From positions 682,186 through 734,496 of the forward strand of contig NW_027192204.1 of assembly GCF_041956535.1 (NCBI RefSeq): a stretch of DNA of 52,311 nucleotides, written 5' to 3'. The position numbers and the translations under genes are program-made. Below the pieces are notes generated by a model. That model made no database searches. It was not told the DNA's origin and saw nothing but the letters and a program-made list of their open reading frames with translations. Shown here one piece after another: positions 11,867-23,659 of the stretch. Position 1 is the stretch's first letter, and each line of letters begins with the position of its first letter. The stretch is from Calcarisporiella thermophila CBS 279.70. Taxonomy: Eukaryota; Fungi; Calcarisporiellomycota.

Positions 11867-12865
11867 ATGTTATTGTTATTATATGTAATTACGTTAATTT
11901 TTTCCCGAACTGCTTTCGGGGTGGATTTAAGGGCTATTGGGCTGCTTCAACCTGGAGTGGGATTAGAGGGATGTAAAAAATATTGCTTTTATCCTCGATA
12001 CTTGGTCGGCGGGTTCCCAAAGCTTTCCTTCAGTGTAATGAATAGCCTAGGACTTAGCAATTACACTTGGATGACGCAATCACCCTGTTTCTGGTGCTTT
12101 GCAGAAGGAACAGAGTGCGCTGAGAATAAATTTTGCTGCTCCGATAAATGCGAAAATGGTAGATGTACTGATCATAAGGGAGTAGATTCGGGAAAATTTT
12201 GTGCAGAGTGCGATGCGGGACCAATTAAAGCGATAATGCCCTTAGCAAAACTGCCACCAATTTTAGGGAAATCTAACAAACCTGCTCCGGAGGGACATAT
12301 TAGAAATTGTGATCAATCTTCGACGAGTCCTGCTGCTGCTGCTTCTCAGTCACCAACGGGATCACCTAGCCCAGCAGGAGCGGCTTCTCAATCGCCTGCA
12401 GAATCGGGCGCCTCTCAGTCACCAACAGGATCACCTAGCCCAACAGGAGCGGCTTCTCAGTCGCCTGCAGAATCGGGCGCCTCCCAGTCACCAACAGGAT
12501 CACCTAGCTCAGAATCGCCTAACTTGTCTAACGCTTCACAGTCTCCATCCACGTCTCCATCCACATCAGGATCTTCTACTAAATCGAAGAAAAAATTAAC
12601 AATTACGCTTACGACGACTGTTTTTGAGGATGCTTCTCAATCGCCTGCAGTTTCGGGTGCCTCACAGTCACCAACAGGATCTCCTAGCCCAATAGGAGCA
12701 GCTTCTCAATCGCCTGCTGCTTCGGGTGCCTCTCAGTCACCAACAGGATCACCTAGCATGTCTAACACTTCACAATCTCTATCCACGTCTCCATCCAAAT
12801 CAGGATCTTCCACTAAATCTAAGAAAAAACCAAAAAGTAAGCAGACGACTACTTCGCAGAAATAG
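11867..12865 (+). CDS. Secreted protein with Cys-rich (knottin-like) head and Ser/Pro/Thr/Ala repeat stalk
   Basis: Likely start MLLLLYVITLIFSRTAFG (signal). Contains CFAEGTECAENKFCCSDKCENGRC, followed by SQSPTGSPSP/ASQSPAESG repeats. Confidence 0.75.
   Translation: MLLLLYVITLIFSRTAFGVDLRAIGLLQPGVGLEGCKKYCFYPRYLVGGFPKLSFSVMNSLGLSNYTWMTQSPCFWCFAEGTECAENKFCCSDKCENGRCTDHKGVDSGKFCAECDAGPIKAIMPLAKLPPILGKSNKPAPEGHIRNCDQSSTSPAAAASQSPTGSPSPAGAASQSPAESGASQSPTGSPSPTGAASQSPAESGASQSPTGSPSSESPNLSNASQSPSTSPSTSGSSTKSKKKLTITLTTTVFEDASQSPAVSGASQSPTGSPSPIGAASQSPAASGASQSPTGSPSMSNTSQSLSTSPSKSGSSTKSKKKPKSKQTTTSQK
12341..12830 (+). repeat. Coding tandem repeats (72-bp unit) nested in a larger internal duplication
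   Basis: The GCTTCTCAGTCACCAACGGGATCACCTAGC..-type unit is repeated. Two blocks each end in SNxSQSxSTSPSxSGSSTKSKKK. Confidence 0.85.
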
Positions 12866-14206
12866 GTATACACTAATAAGAATTAGCAGAAGATATCACG
12901 CCTTTAAATTCTTATGATAAGCTTAATGAAGGCGTGTAATGGATCTGTTCTAAAATCCTCTCTAAAATAACTCCTTTATTTTAGTATCGACTAGAAATAA
13001 TTTTACTTACTGTCTGTTCTATTCTTATAAAGTATATTCAAACAGATATAAGCTGATGGATATGCTATCAATTTATTAAATTTTTAAAAAAAATAAGGAT
13101 AAAATTAAGTCGTCATATTATATCTTTTATTGTGTTATATTCACTTCTTGAATAAACTTTTCTTATAGGCTGGGAGTTTGTTTGATTTTTAAGAATAACG
13201 CATATAGCAATGTGTCGTTGCGCCATACATTGAATTGAAATAATTTTACTAACATTTCATATTTTGATCTATTGAATTTCTTTTGGAATTTTTTTAATAA
13301 GGGGCAAACTCAAATGCATTGCAATCTATACTCATATGTTAAATTTAACTACCCGTATTCAGACGTGAGAAGGGTTTATTACTGCACGTACTCGAAAATT
13401 AGTATCTAGTTTGCCTTTACTCTTGGTGAACAGATATATCAGAAGCAAAAGTTAATTAATCGTAATATTATTCATTTGATGAAAAATGCACTAAATGAAC
13501 CTGCTAAATAAACCCTTATTCACTCACATATCTTCCTATGCGTAAGTTACTAAAGAAAGCACAACATATCAATAATATAGTTCAGATCTATTAAAATTCA
13601 TATTTTTCATACTCCAAATAAATAGTTTAAACCTCACGCCATTTACCATATTTGACCAATTTATTTTTTTATAAATTTTTCGATATAAGGAGAAATAGCT
13701 TATGGCAATTTGAAGTATATAATAATTATACAATTATTAGATCAAATCTAGTCCCTAACTACCGCGTTTGTTCAGTAGGTCAGGACTAGATTTAATGCAG
13801 TACGTTACAATTTTCACAATCTGTTCAGTGAATAATGCGAACTCTAAATGTTATAATGTAAGTATAATAATAAAGGTTGGTTATTCCAGTGACTAAATCA
13901 TCGAATTTCCTATTAGAGTTTAGTTGTGTGGAACTATATTGGTGATATGAGATGAAAATTTTTACATTCTGTACTAAATTTAATATTATCAAATGTGGCG
14001 AAGTCATTCTTAATGCCCTATTTTGTAATGCCAAAAGGATTCGTGAAGGCTTAGCTCGGCCAATTTTCCAATTTCCTATATTGATGGTATCTGTTGAGAA
14101 GTTGTAAAATTATCGTATAAATATCCAGAGGAAATACTCAGCATTAAAAGTCTTAACATTTAGCTTTTTATATCCGTTTTGTCCCAAGGTTAATAAACAG
14201 ATAGAT

Positions 14207-14488
14207 ATGCTTTATTCATCCTTGATTATCTTTCTGGTATTTTTTGTCGTCGTTTTGCAAGTTGATGCTTGTGTCTACCAAATCTCTTGTCTTTATCAGG
14301 GTGGTGGGGTGGACCAGGGATTGACCGATAGATGCTGTGATGCATGGGGAGGATATAAACAAGGAACATGCGATACGGACTGTCCGCAAAAAAGAAATAA
14401 TATCAGAGGCTGCTGCACGCACGGAGGAAGAAGACACGTAACTTCTACATGCTTGGATTGTTTTGGGTGTGAAAACGGAAAATGCTAA
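14207..14488 (+). CDS. Small secreted cysteine-rich protein (93 aa, 12 Cys, two CC pairs)
   Basis: Hydrophobic signal ending VDA, then C-x5-C-x14-CC-x10-C-x3-C-x9-CC-x11-C-x2-C-x2-C-x4-C. TATAAA at ~14116. Confidence 0.8.
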   Translation: MLYSSLIIFLVFFVVVLQVDACVYQISCLYQGGGVDQGLTDRCCDAWGGYKQGTCDTDCPQKRNNIRGCCTHGGRRHVTSTCLDCFGCENGKC

Positions 14489-16099
14489 AGTTTACACTAT
14501 AGCAAAGACACATCTAATAATCTGCTAATAAGTTAATTGGAAGATTTATGTTTTATTGTAAAAGGGTATATCTTTGCCCTATTTTTTTCACATGGAGTCG
14601 AATAAAAAAATGTTTCCAGTTTTTAATATAGCATGTAATTTCATATTAGATTATTTTTACACTGAAAACATGGAGAATGAGGGTAGGATCTGAACGGTAA
14701 ATATAAACAAGAACGAATAGGAGCCTTGATCTGTGTTTTGAATTTTGCGATTACTTACCGAAATTTCGCTTCCACCTTTGCAGTTATTATAATTAAGTGG
14801 AATGTTTTCCAATGTTGCATTTACGATTTGCAGTAAGTGCTAATAAGAATGAAGTAGTTTCCATAGCAAAGCAAAGGGCTATATCGTGCCATACGGCAAA
14901 TTAAATTGCAAATACCTTTAAATAAAAATAAAGGTAAACGAGGTCAATTTAAAAGTGTTTGTTTATTTTCACCTCTAGATTTCCTGTAATGAAGAATATT
15001 ATGCATGTCAATTCAAACTTATTCCCTTACCTCGAATATTGCTTCTGCCTACGGCATGTGGCAATTCAAGCGAATTGCAGTTAGACAAATCAAAAATTTA
15101 TTTTATTGTTGTGATAATTATCTCTTCGATTCAGATCAAATCACTTACAAGATTAACTCATGTAGGTATTTATTATTGAGAAATTGCAATGCTAAAAAAG
15201 TAACTTTGTGTAAGACAATTTTTGTGTTCTTGTGAATACTTTTTAAAAATGTATTCTTTTATCGACTAATTATATTGAAATAGCAGACCCTCTGCTAAAT
15301 AATAATACTATTAGACATTTAGCATTCATCATTTGCACTTGAAGTATATGCTATTAAACTTCAAATTAATTGAGGATAAGTATTTGTTTGTGATTGTCCA
15401 TGAGGGCCAATTATATGTATTCAATATGAATAATTGTGTGTATGTATCCTAATAAATAAAGCGACGGGGGTTATCTAATGGCAACGGGGCGGCAATTACA
15501 TAACTAGGAAAAAGATAAGCATTCTTAGTGAAGCTAATTGATTTAGGCAAGAATCTCTCTTGGGTAATTCGCTCATGCAATATCACTTGGCATCTTAAAG
15601 TTAACTATCATAACGGAGGGAGATCTGCAATTGCCAATTCTTTTTCCACGCTCAAATCTTAGTTTTTTTTTTTCAGTCGCGTCACTAAAAATGTTCTCAT
15701 CGCTGGCTGATGAACTTGTACCATATATGATTCTTTCCGAGTAATTCAGAACATCAACTTTCAAAACAGCCTCCAAGTGTACCTGTGCATAAAAGGAGAG
15801 GTCCGAGATATAAACGATATAGCAACTCTGCACACTCCACCTTCATCTTCAGTCTCCAAAAGGCTATCGAACTTGGATATAATAGGCTACCCTTTCTAGC
15901 TAGGTAAATTGTAGATGCTTGTCAATTTGAGGCAAGCTCTGACGCCATTCTATACTTGAAAAGGGCCACACAGTCTTTACTCAATCATATTCCTTCATTC
16001 TCTTTTCGCTCGTTTTAACCTGAAAATAATATCAAGTATGTTTTTGGGTTTTTGATAGAAACGCTTAATTATACTGAAGTTAATGTTAAACTTTCATTA

Positions 16100-19000
16100 G
16101 GTATATCATTTTGCTTCACCTCATCCTGACCAGTCTTGTTGCAGCTCAGGTATTCGCAGCTATTAACAATACAGTATTTCTGTCCCAATTTGGAGGCAGA
16201 ATTGAAAATATTGTCGAAGTGGTCGCCGACGGCAAAGCAACTCCTATCAGCTCAAATGAATTCCTTTCTAAGCTTGGAAAAACTAGCGGCTGGCGCGTTA
16301 ACAATGTTGCTAATACTCGCCATTAGTCAACGAAAGTATAATCTACCCCAAAAGCTGAAGAAGAGGAAGTATTGACGGCTTGTGTTCCGCTGATCAGCCG
16401 AAACCCCTATGCCAATCCTTATTCGCCAGCAATGGTGAGTACCCCCTATACCTCGACGCGCCGAGGATATGGACCACCTATACCGCTGGATCAGTACAGT
16501 CTTGCATGTGCCAAAGACTCGCCTTCTCCTTGCAGCATTGCCTACACCGTGCAGGCGAGCACAAGTAATGGGTTAAGCTACGCAATTACTACTAGCGATT
16601 CACGTACTTGGAGTAACACATGGATATAGTACGACTCGTTCAGAAGGAGATGCCTTTACCCAGAAAGTAGCCGATTCCATTGAAAATTCACTCTCTGATA
16701 GCTACAGCCACACCGATAGCCAATCGGTCACCGACAATGTCTCGCGCACACTCACAAATGGTTATCAGAAGAGCCACGCCACAATCAATACCAGGGGGTC
16801 TGAAACGTTCTATAGCAAAGATTCCCACTGGGATCAATCCGCTAATGTTTATTTCCGCAGTGGTGATTACAAAGAAGATTCAAGTTGGTGGAATATCGAT
16901 GCTAAGATCTCCGGATGTCTGGGTGCTTCAGAATTAATGAAAGCTATTACCAACTGGAAAGCATGTGCTGAAGTTTCTAGCGGATACGGAGAGAGTAAAT
17001 TTGAATCCCACAGCAGGGAGAACGGGGTTGAAGTTTCTGCGTCAAGTGGAGGCTCTTCGCTCTACAATTTCCGTGGCTCTGAGAGTAGCACTAAATCCGA
17101 TTCGTTCACTGATACGCACACTGAAGCAGTCGAAAACTCACACAGCATCAATAGAGGCACATCCGACACGACAACAAAGACTAAGACCGTGACACATGGT
17201 CATACTGAAAGCTTTGCAACGACACACAATGTTCAATTTTCCAAATCTGAGAGCCACGAAGACCAGAAGAGAGGTGCCTGGCAGCGGGCCGTGAATAATG
17301 GCACCACTTTCAGCCAGGCCCAAGGCTACACAGTGCAGTATCAATTTCAAGTGGCACCAGGCAAATGTAAGATGCTGGTAGCACTTCCTTATGCCACTAT
17401 TATTACTGTGCCATTCTTATGCGTTAGTTCGGAGCAATTGTACGAAATACGCTACACTGACATTATCAACCTGGACATCGATCTCGAAAAAAAATTCAAA
17501 AGTGCCATCGGGGTCGTTAACTGCGGTGCCGAGCGCGATGATATTGATCTACCACCCTTCGGCAACGATATGAGCGAACTAGACACAGCTGATTCTACTA
17601 ACAGCATCCGATTCGGTGATATCTTTAACAGTTCCAGCAAACTTACATCTAAGAGTGGCGAATTTTCATTTTATTTTGAGATAACTGGTAAGCTTGTTCT
17701 ATATCAAGGCAGCAATACGATATGGCAAAATAGTATCGACTACTTAACCAACTACCCTGTGCGTGCACGCATAAACGAGAAAGGCCACTTTTTAATTGAA
17801 GCGCAAAATATCTTCAGCAAAGTTAGTCCGCCCTATCATCAACCCGATGACTAGACTACCGTTTGGTCTACTACTGCAGTCAATCACAATTATACGATTG
17901 GAGTGCCTCGACGTGCTAGCCTGCAGCAGATAGTTACACGTTGCTGCTCAAAAACCGAGGCCAGCTAGCATTATATGATGCGGCCAGTATAAAGACGTGG
18001 TGTGCAGTGAACGCTGCTCGTGAGAGTTGAAACTATCGCTTCTGTTTTAAGCATCCCGAGATATACCGTGCACCAACTGACATGGTGACTAGTGGTCCTG
18101 AGCGAGGTCAGAAAGATTCACATAACGAGATAAGCAACGAAATCGAATTACTAAAAAAGGATTCCATGATTTCTTTGAACTCTGATTGCAACAGTAATTT
18201 AGCGCAAAACACCGGCTTAGTCTCGCCAAATGGACGATTCAAAGTAATTCTACAGAATACCGGTAATCTAGTCATAAAGGATAGCATGCGGACCATGTAT
18301 TCCAGTTATTCTGCAAATATCAATGGTACTAAAGGTCCATTCCAGATGGTCCTGACCAACATTGGCGAGCTTGCTATTCGAGACGTTACAAAACGATTAC
18401 TATGGAAGACAGTAAATGGTTTGGACCGCGAAAATCCACCCTATACCGCGAAAATCCTGGATGAAGGTCGGTTGGCCATATTTAACCGTCATGGTAATGA
18501 AGTGTGGGAATCCTGGCCGCAACGCAATAATAGCTACTCCTTAAATGTGAATAGTCCCTTCTTTTCTTCCTATTGCCAATGTGATAAGTGCATTTCACCC
18601 ATCTGTCTCTGCACGGATCCCAAACAATCAAATCACAACGGCACATACTGTGGCGCTCAATTAAGCACTCTCTCTATTAATCTCAACTGCAAGCCCGATT
18701 CGCTATACCAGTGCGATGGAGTATATGGCTCTATAGTAAAGGAAATTGATGCCTGTACCCATGGATGCAGGAATGCTACCTATGGGCAGAGTGTATGCAA
18801 ACCCAAGCCTTGTTTGCCCGATGGGACATTGGTCCAAGAGAAAAACACCTCAAAGCGCCGAGCTGCACCCATATTCTATATTCAAGGATGTAAACGCCGC
18901 GAAATCACTTACGCGACCCTGCAATGTTTGGGTAAAAGTAACTCGGACATCCAGTTAATTGTCCCTGCAGACCTCGCTGCCATAGTACTAGGGCCACCGA

Positions 19001-19852
19001 TGACAAACTGGGACAATAATACCTTGCTTAAGGGAAGCAATAATAATCGAGCGCGTATATTGGATGCAGAATTGCAATGCCCGCTGGATTCCTGACCCAT
19101 CAACATTAAACTGTCTTGGAAAACCAAAGAATGTTTTGAAGATTTCTGATAATGACCTGAATTCAATTCCAAAAGGTAAAGATTTGCCTTCACGTGCAGA
19201 CGGTACACCACTCCGGGGAAGTGCTGAGCGTGTATATTGGATGCAGAACTGTAATGCGCGCTGGATACCTGACCCATCAACTTTTAATTGTCTTGGCAGG
19301 CCAGAGAATGTGCTCCAAATTACGGAGAGTGAACTTAATTTAATTCCTAGAGGCGATGATTTGGCCTCACGTGCAGATGACACATTACTCAGAGGTAGCG
19401 CTGAAAAAGTGTATTGGATGGAGGGCTGTCAGCGGCGATGGATTCCAGATCTACCAACGCTACAATGTGTGGCTGGTTCCCATCCAAATATTCGACAGAT
19501 TTCAGACGCAGATCTATTTGTTATTCCAGGAGGCCAAATTCCACAATGCCGAGCTGGTGTCACATTTTACCGGGAGGAAAACATTGGTGGTGAACTCAAT
19601 AGAATTCAAGGAGAAGCTTGCAGATATTCACCCATTGACTTAGGCGGATGGGGTTCAGTGAGAGCGGATCCAGGAAATGTTTGCTTTTTGTATAAATCCG
19701 GAAGTTGCACACGGGGCACTTGTCATGTGTGCGTGGTCGAAGAAGGATGGGACAAAACTTCTCCTCTTCATGACTACCGTAACATCGAAAGCTTACGATG
19801 TGAACCAGCAGACGAGAAGGGCTGTAGTAATGCGGGATGCACTTATAAATAA
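16100..19852 (+). pseudogene. Disrupted large secreted multidomain gene: Ser/Thr-rich aerolysin/ETX-MTX2-like region, two bulb-type lectin-like domains, Cys-rich module, four ~59-aa repeats, C-terminal Cys/beta-gamma-crystallin-like domain
   Basis: Protein-like sequence is continuous across ORF fragments, broken by frameshifts (~16300-16375, ~16620, ~17925, ~19045) and in-frame stops (TAG 17852, TGA ~18028). Bulb-lectin-type motifs LTSKSGEFSFYFEITGKLVLYQGSNTIW and LVSPNGRFKVILQNTGNLVI. Repeats of DGTxLRGSAERVYWMxxCxxRWIPD. Confidence 0.75.
18820..19545 (+). repeat. Four tandem ~59-aa (~177-bp) coding repeats
   Basis: Units start near 18820, 19012, 19199 and 19376, for example RVYWMQNCNARWIPDPSTLNCLG and RVYWMQNCNARWIPDPSTFNCLG. 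Confidence 0.85.
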
Positions 19853-20261
19853 TGTGGCTCGGGGGTCCATCGTGGCGGAAGATTTGAACCCAAGCTACCG
19901 AGTATTTAAATAATATCAAATAAATAGATAATGTTCCAAAGCCTTTATAGCTTTAATATCATTAGTTTAATCATTAATGTATTAGTGATTAAAGCCTCAT
20001 TATATAATTTATTGATAAACTTAGCTTTTAATTATTCAATCCTAGGCAATAGAGTAAATATCATAACGTACATGACGATGGATCCTTAATTTGTTCATCT
20101 ATTTGCCATGTCTACATTGCTTATGAATTGCTCATCTAGCTAAGATATTCTCAAAAATGGAACTTTCCACTTTGACGCTGCTATCTCGAATTTTGCCCTT
20201 TACTCTCTCTGTCAGCTGTTGCCAGCCCTAGATCGTTGCATAAGAAAGCGACTGTTCGCAT

Positions 20262-20709
20262 ATGTCGACTGAAAAAAATATTCGAAAAAATTTCTGCGAT
20301 CAGTTTGGGAGACACAGGCATAATGTTAACTCAGATATTGCTCCGTGTTGGATATCTATGGAATAAATCTAGTGCAAAAGCTGACCTGGTGGTCTATTAG
20401 GGAGGTATTCTGACTCCCACCACTGCAGGAGCCATTAGTGCAAGAATGATAGCCAGCGTTCCTCTAATTATAGAGGAGATGGTCAAACACGAGTATGCTA
20501 TTATTCAAGATTCAGACTTTGGCAAATCACCTAGTTCTGTTAAGGTAAGCTCGGCATCAATATATTTGTTTTAAAAAAAGACTAATGAGGTTATGATCAA
20601 CTCAGAGATTCCAATATTTATCCATGGGATATTTAGAGAAGAACTGGCTGCGGGATATGGTGAGGAAGAAGATTTGGTCATTGTTAAAGCATTGCGCATT
20701 GATGCCTAG
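20262..20709 (+). pseudogene. Internally deleted relic of an NAD(P)-dependent oxidoreductase, 6PGD/beta-hydroxyacid dehydrogenase/imine reductase-like
   Basis: Manual translation gives ISAISLGDTGIMLTQILLRVGY-LWNKSSAKADLVVY*GGILTPTTAGAISA (degenerate Rossmann start). It is fused directly to MIASVPLIIEEMVKHEYAIIQDSDFGKSPSSVK..F*KKTNEVMINSEIPIFIHGIFREELAAGYGEEEDLVIVKALRIDA* (IRED-like C-terminus). Confidence 0.65.
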
Positions 20710-20989
20710 TTTGCGCGGTATTTATTCAAATTTCATGTTTCGATTTGAGTTCAATGTAAATAGTTATCTGAATATCATAAAATAAAAAAAAGACTGTAGC
20801 TTAGAGAAAAATAACAAATTTATGAAAGATGGTGGCAGAATGGGTTTTGTGCAAGTCACCAGATCGGCTTATAATCGCCATTATTATACCAAGTCGCTTA
20901 AATGAATTGATTAAATAATCTCCTTGCAGTCATAAACAGATACTAGACAAAATCTGTGCAGATAGGTAATACTTGCAGATTGGTTGTGG

Positions 20990-21799
20990 CTATTGGTTGG
21001 CATCAAAGATAACTGGCATTTTAAACCTCCATTTACTCCATGTCTCCAAATTCACCACTAACTCACACATAAAGTGAGCAATGTTTGCCTTGGTGGTCCT
21101 ATCAGGGATGTAAAAGGGATGGCGAATTGACTCACTAAGAGTATACTCGGAAATATCACCGTCGATAAATGAGTCAGGGCGGACAACAGTCCACTCGATA
21201 TATGGATGTCCAGTCTTAATCTCCTTGCTGATGTACCCAGCTGAGAGAACATTGTCCGTGTATGGAGGGATCAAGGTTTTCAATAATGAGACAACCGTCT
21301 TCTCAAAGCGGCTCCGTACGTGAGTGTCTGTCCCAACTGGGTTTTCAACACCAACCGTATTTAAAAGGATGAACTTAATTGGAGTGGCTGGGCGTATTTT
21401 TTCGATGGCGCAGCAAATCATTTTGGATGCCCTCAGGACCAGGTCGTGTGGGGGAGCCCAAATACCTAAAAAGGCTCTAAGCGATCAGAGAAGGTGATTT
21501 ACATAGTACCGGGAATTAAATGGCAGTTTCCTACCGAGAAAAGGGACCCCTGCATAATTTAGATTATGTCCTAGGGTGGATATGACGGCGTCACATCCTT
21601 TGACATGCGCGATCAATTCGTCTTCACTGAGGTCAAGCAGACTTGCTTTAATTAAGCAGAGCTTTGGGTTGGAGGCAAGTGTAGCGGCCAGGCTATCAGG
21701 CGAGCGAACAATGGCTCGTACTTTGATATCCCTATCAAGTAGCTGCTGTAAGACGAGCTTTCCGACGTTTCCAGTTCCACCTACAACTAATACACGCAT
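20990..21799 (-). CDS. NAD(P)H-binding atypical SDR (NAD_binding_10; flavin/biliverdin reductase-like), 2 exons
   Basis: MRVLVVGGTGNVGK Rossmann motif, DAVISTLGH, IEWTVVRPD, TTKANIAHFM. Intron 21466-21534. Confidence 0.88.
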
Positions 21800-22412
21800 T
21801 ATCCGGATAAATTTGAAGAGTTTGTTGGCTGCGTAGTTTAATTTCGTGGTTTCACTGGCAGATTGTCTTTTTATAGTCTATTTTCTCAATGCCAAGCTGC
21901 TTGCCGCTCAATTACAATGACTACGTCATTAGAGCCGTGAAAAAAATTACCCTTTGAGCAGCCAAGCCATTTCATGCGATAAGCCACAATCGGGAATTTA
22001 AAGCACAAAAGGAAATTTCATCTATGAAAATCCTTTCTATAGATTGTTCCAAAGCGTCTGGTGGCGTGGCCACGTGTAGTGGTTGTATTGCACGAAAACC
22101 AGGTTTTGTATATTTATTTCAAGGGATGATCACCGCATTAGATGCATTAACTTCTATAATACACGGAGCTATTCAAATAGCTTTAGGATAAAATTTAGAT
22201 TATTAAATTGTATTAATGTAGACAACAGTAATCCCAGTATATTTATATACTGGTGATCATATGTACAGTATGTATGATCACACACCAATGAACAACCAAG
22301 AAATCACTTATATTTTAATATTTATTAGTGTAAATGAATATCATGACAATCCGGATTTATCTTAATTTACAACTTATATAAGCTAACCCTTGCTCTACTC
22401 AATCTCTTCCCG

Positions 22413-23659
22413 TTACAATCCATCGTCAATGAACTTGTTCTGCCTCATCCACCCATCATTCAAGAATTTGGTCATATAATTGCGCACTCCATCGGCCAAT
22501 AGTACCACACATTTTTGGCCATATCCAAGCTCTCTTGCAACTTCAATGGCGGCAGCCATTGCAGAGCCGGAAGAACCGCCACATAGCAAGCCCTCTTCCC
22601 GAATAAGGCGACGTGACATCAAGAAAGACATCTTGTCATCAACTTTGAACCACCTGTCGACAATCGACCGATCAAGTGCACGCGGAATAAACTCATGACC
22701 AAGTCCTTCAACCAAATAACTATTCACACTGTTATTGAGCGATTCGGGTTGGGCGAGAATTGACCCATGAGCATCTACTGCCACAATTTTGACTTCAGGG
22801 CATTTCTCCTTCAGCTTGCGTGCGACTCCAGTCACTGTGCCTCCTGTACCAGCAACTGCCACAAACATATCTACTTTTCCGCCACAAGCATGCAGGATCT
22901 CTTCTGCAGTAGTATCATAGTGAGCAATGGGGTTGTATGGGTTATTGAACTGGTCTAAAATTACAGAATCTTTGATTTCTTTGTTTAACCGCTTGGCAAC
23001 ACTGATATTAGAATCAGGCGCATCCCATTTGGCTTCACTCGGAGTGCGAATAATCTCAGCACCTAGTGCTCTTAGTACATCGACCTTATCCTGAGAAATT
23101 TTCTCGGAGAGTGTGATGATAGTGCGGTATCCCTTAATAGCAGCAGCGAGCGCCAACCCAATGCCAGTATTTCCCGATGAGGGTTCAATTATCGTACTTC
23201 CGGGCTTTAGAATGCCTTGCTTTTCAGCCTCCTCAATCATGCGTTTACCAATACGATCTTTGACGGAACCACCAGCATTGAAGAACTCACACTTGGCAAC
23301 TATAAATAATGAAAAAAAAAATGCAGTTAACAACACGGATCCATGACTGATAAAAGCTATCCAATTATTATAGTACGCAAATCACACTTGAGTCCCTCTG
23401 AATTTGCTATTCTGTTTATACGAACGAGAGGGGTATTCCCAATATGATCAAGAATAGAGTCTAAGATAAGAGGTTGTGATACACTGAATTTAAAAAGGAG
23501 GTAGTGTTAATATTCAAAATATATATGATGCGAAAAACACAATACAAAGTCAGATTCCAGCGCGCACCTTTTGACATGGTTATAATCGTCCCTCACAGTT
23601 GGATCCCAACAAGGATTGTCAAGATAGGCAGGATTTGCCTTGTCGATTGCTTTTGTCAT
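22413..23659 (-). CDS. Cystathionine beta-synthase-like PLP enzyme, catalytic domain only (3 exons)
   Basis: [31 protein letters not shown] (PLP lysine), [41 protein letters not shown]. The ORF stops right after the catalytic domain. Confidence 0.92.

Noticed and set aside
12341-12830. CRISPR-like array
   Set aside because: The repeats are in-frame coding Ser/Pro units without unique spacers, in a eukaryotic gene.
13744-13793. 11-bp-stem hairpin AAATCTAGTCC...GGACTAGATTT as a terminator or ncRNA
   Set aside because: Eukaryotic intergenic context and no other support; at most a tiny TE remnant.
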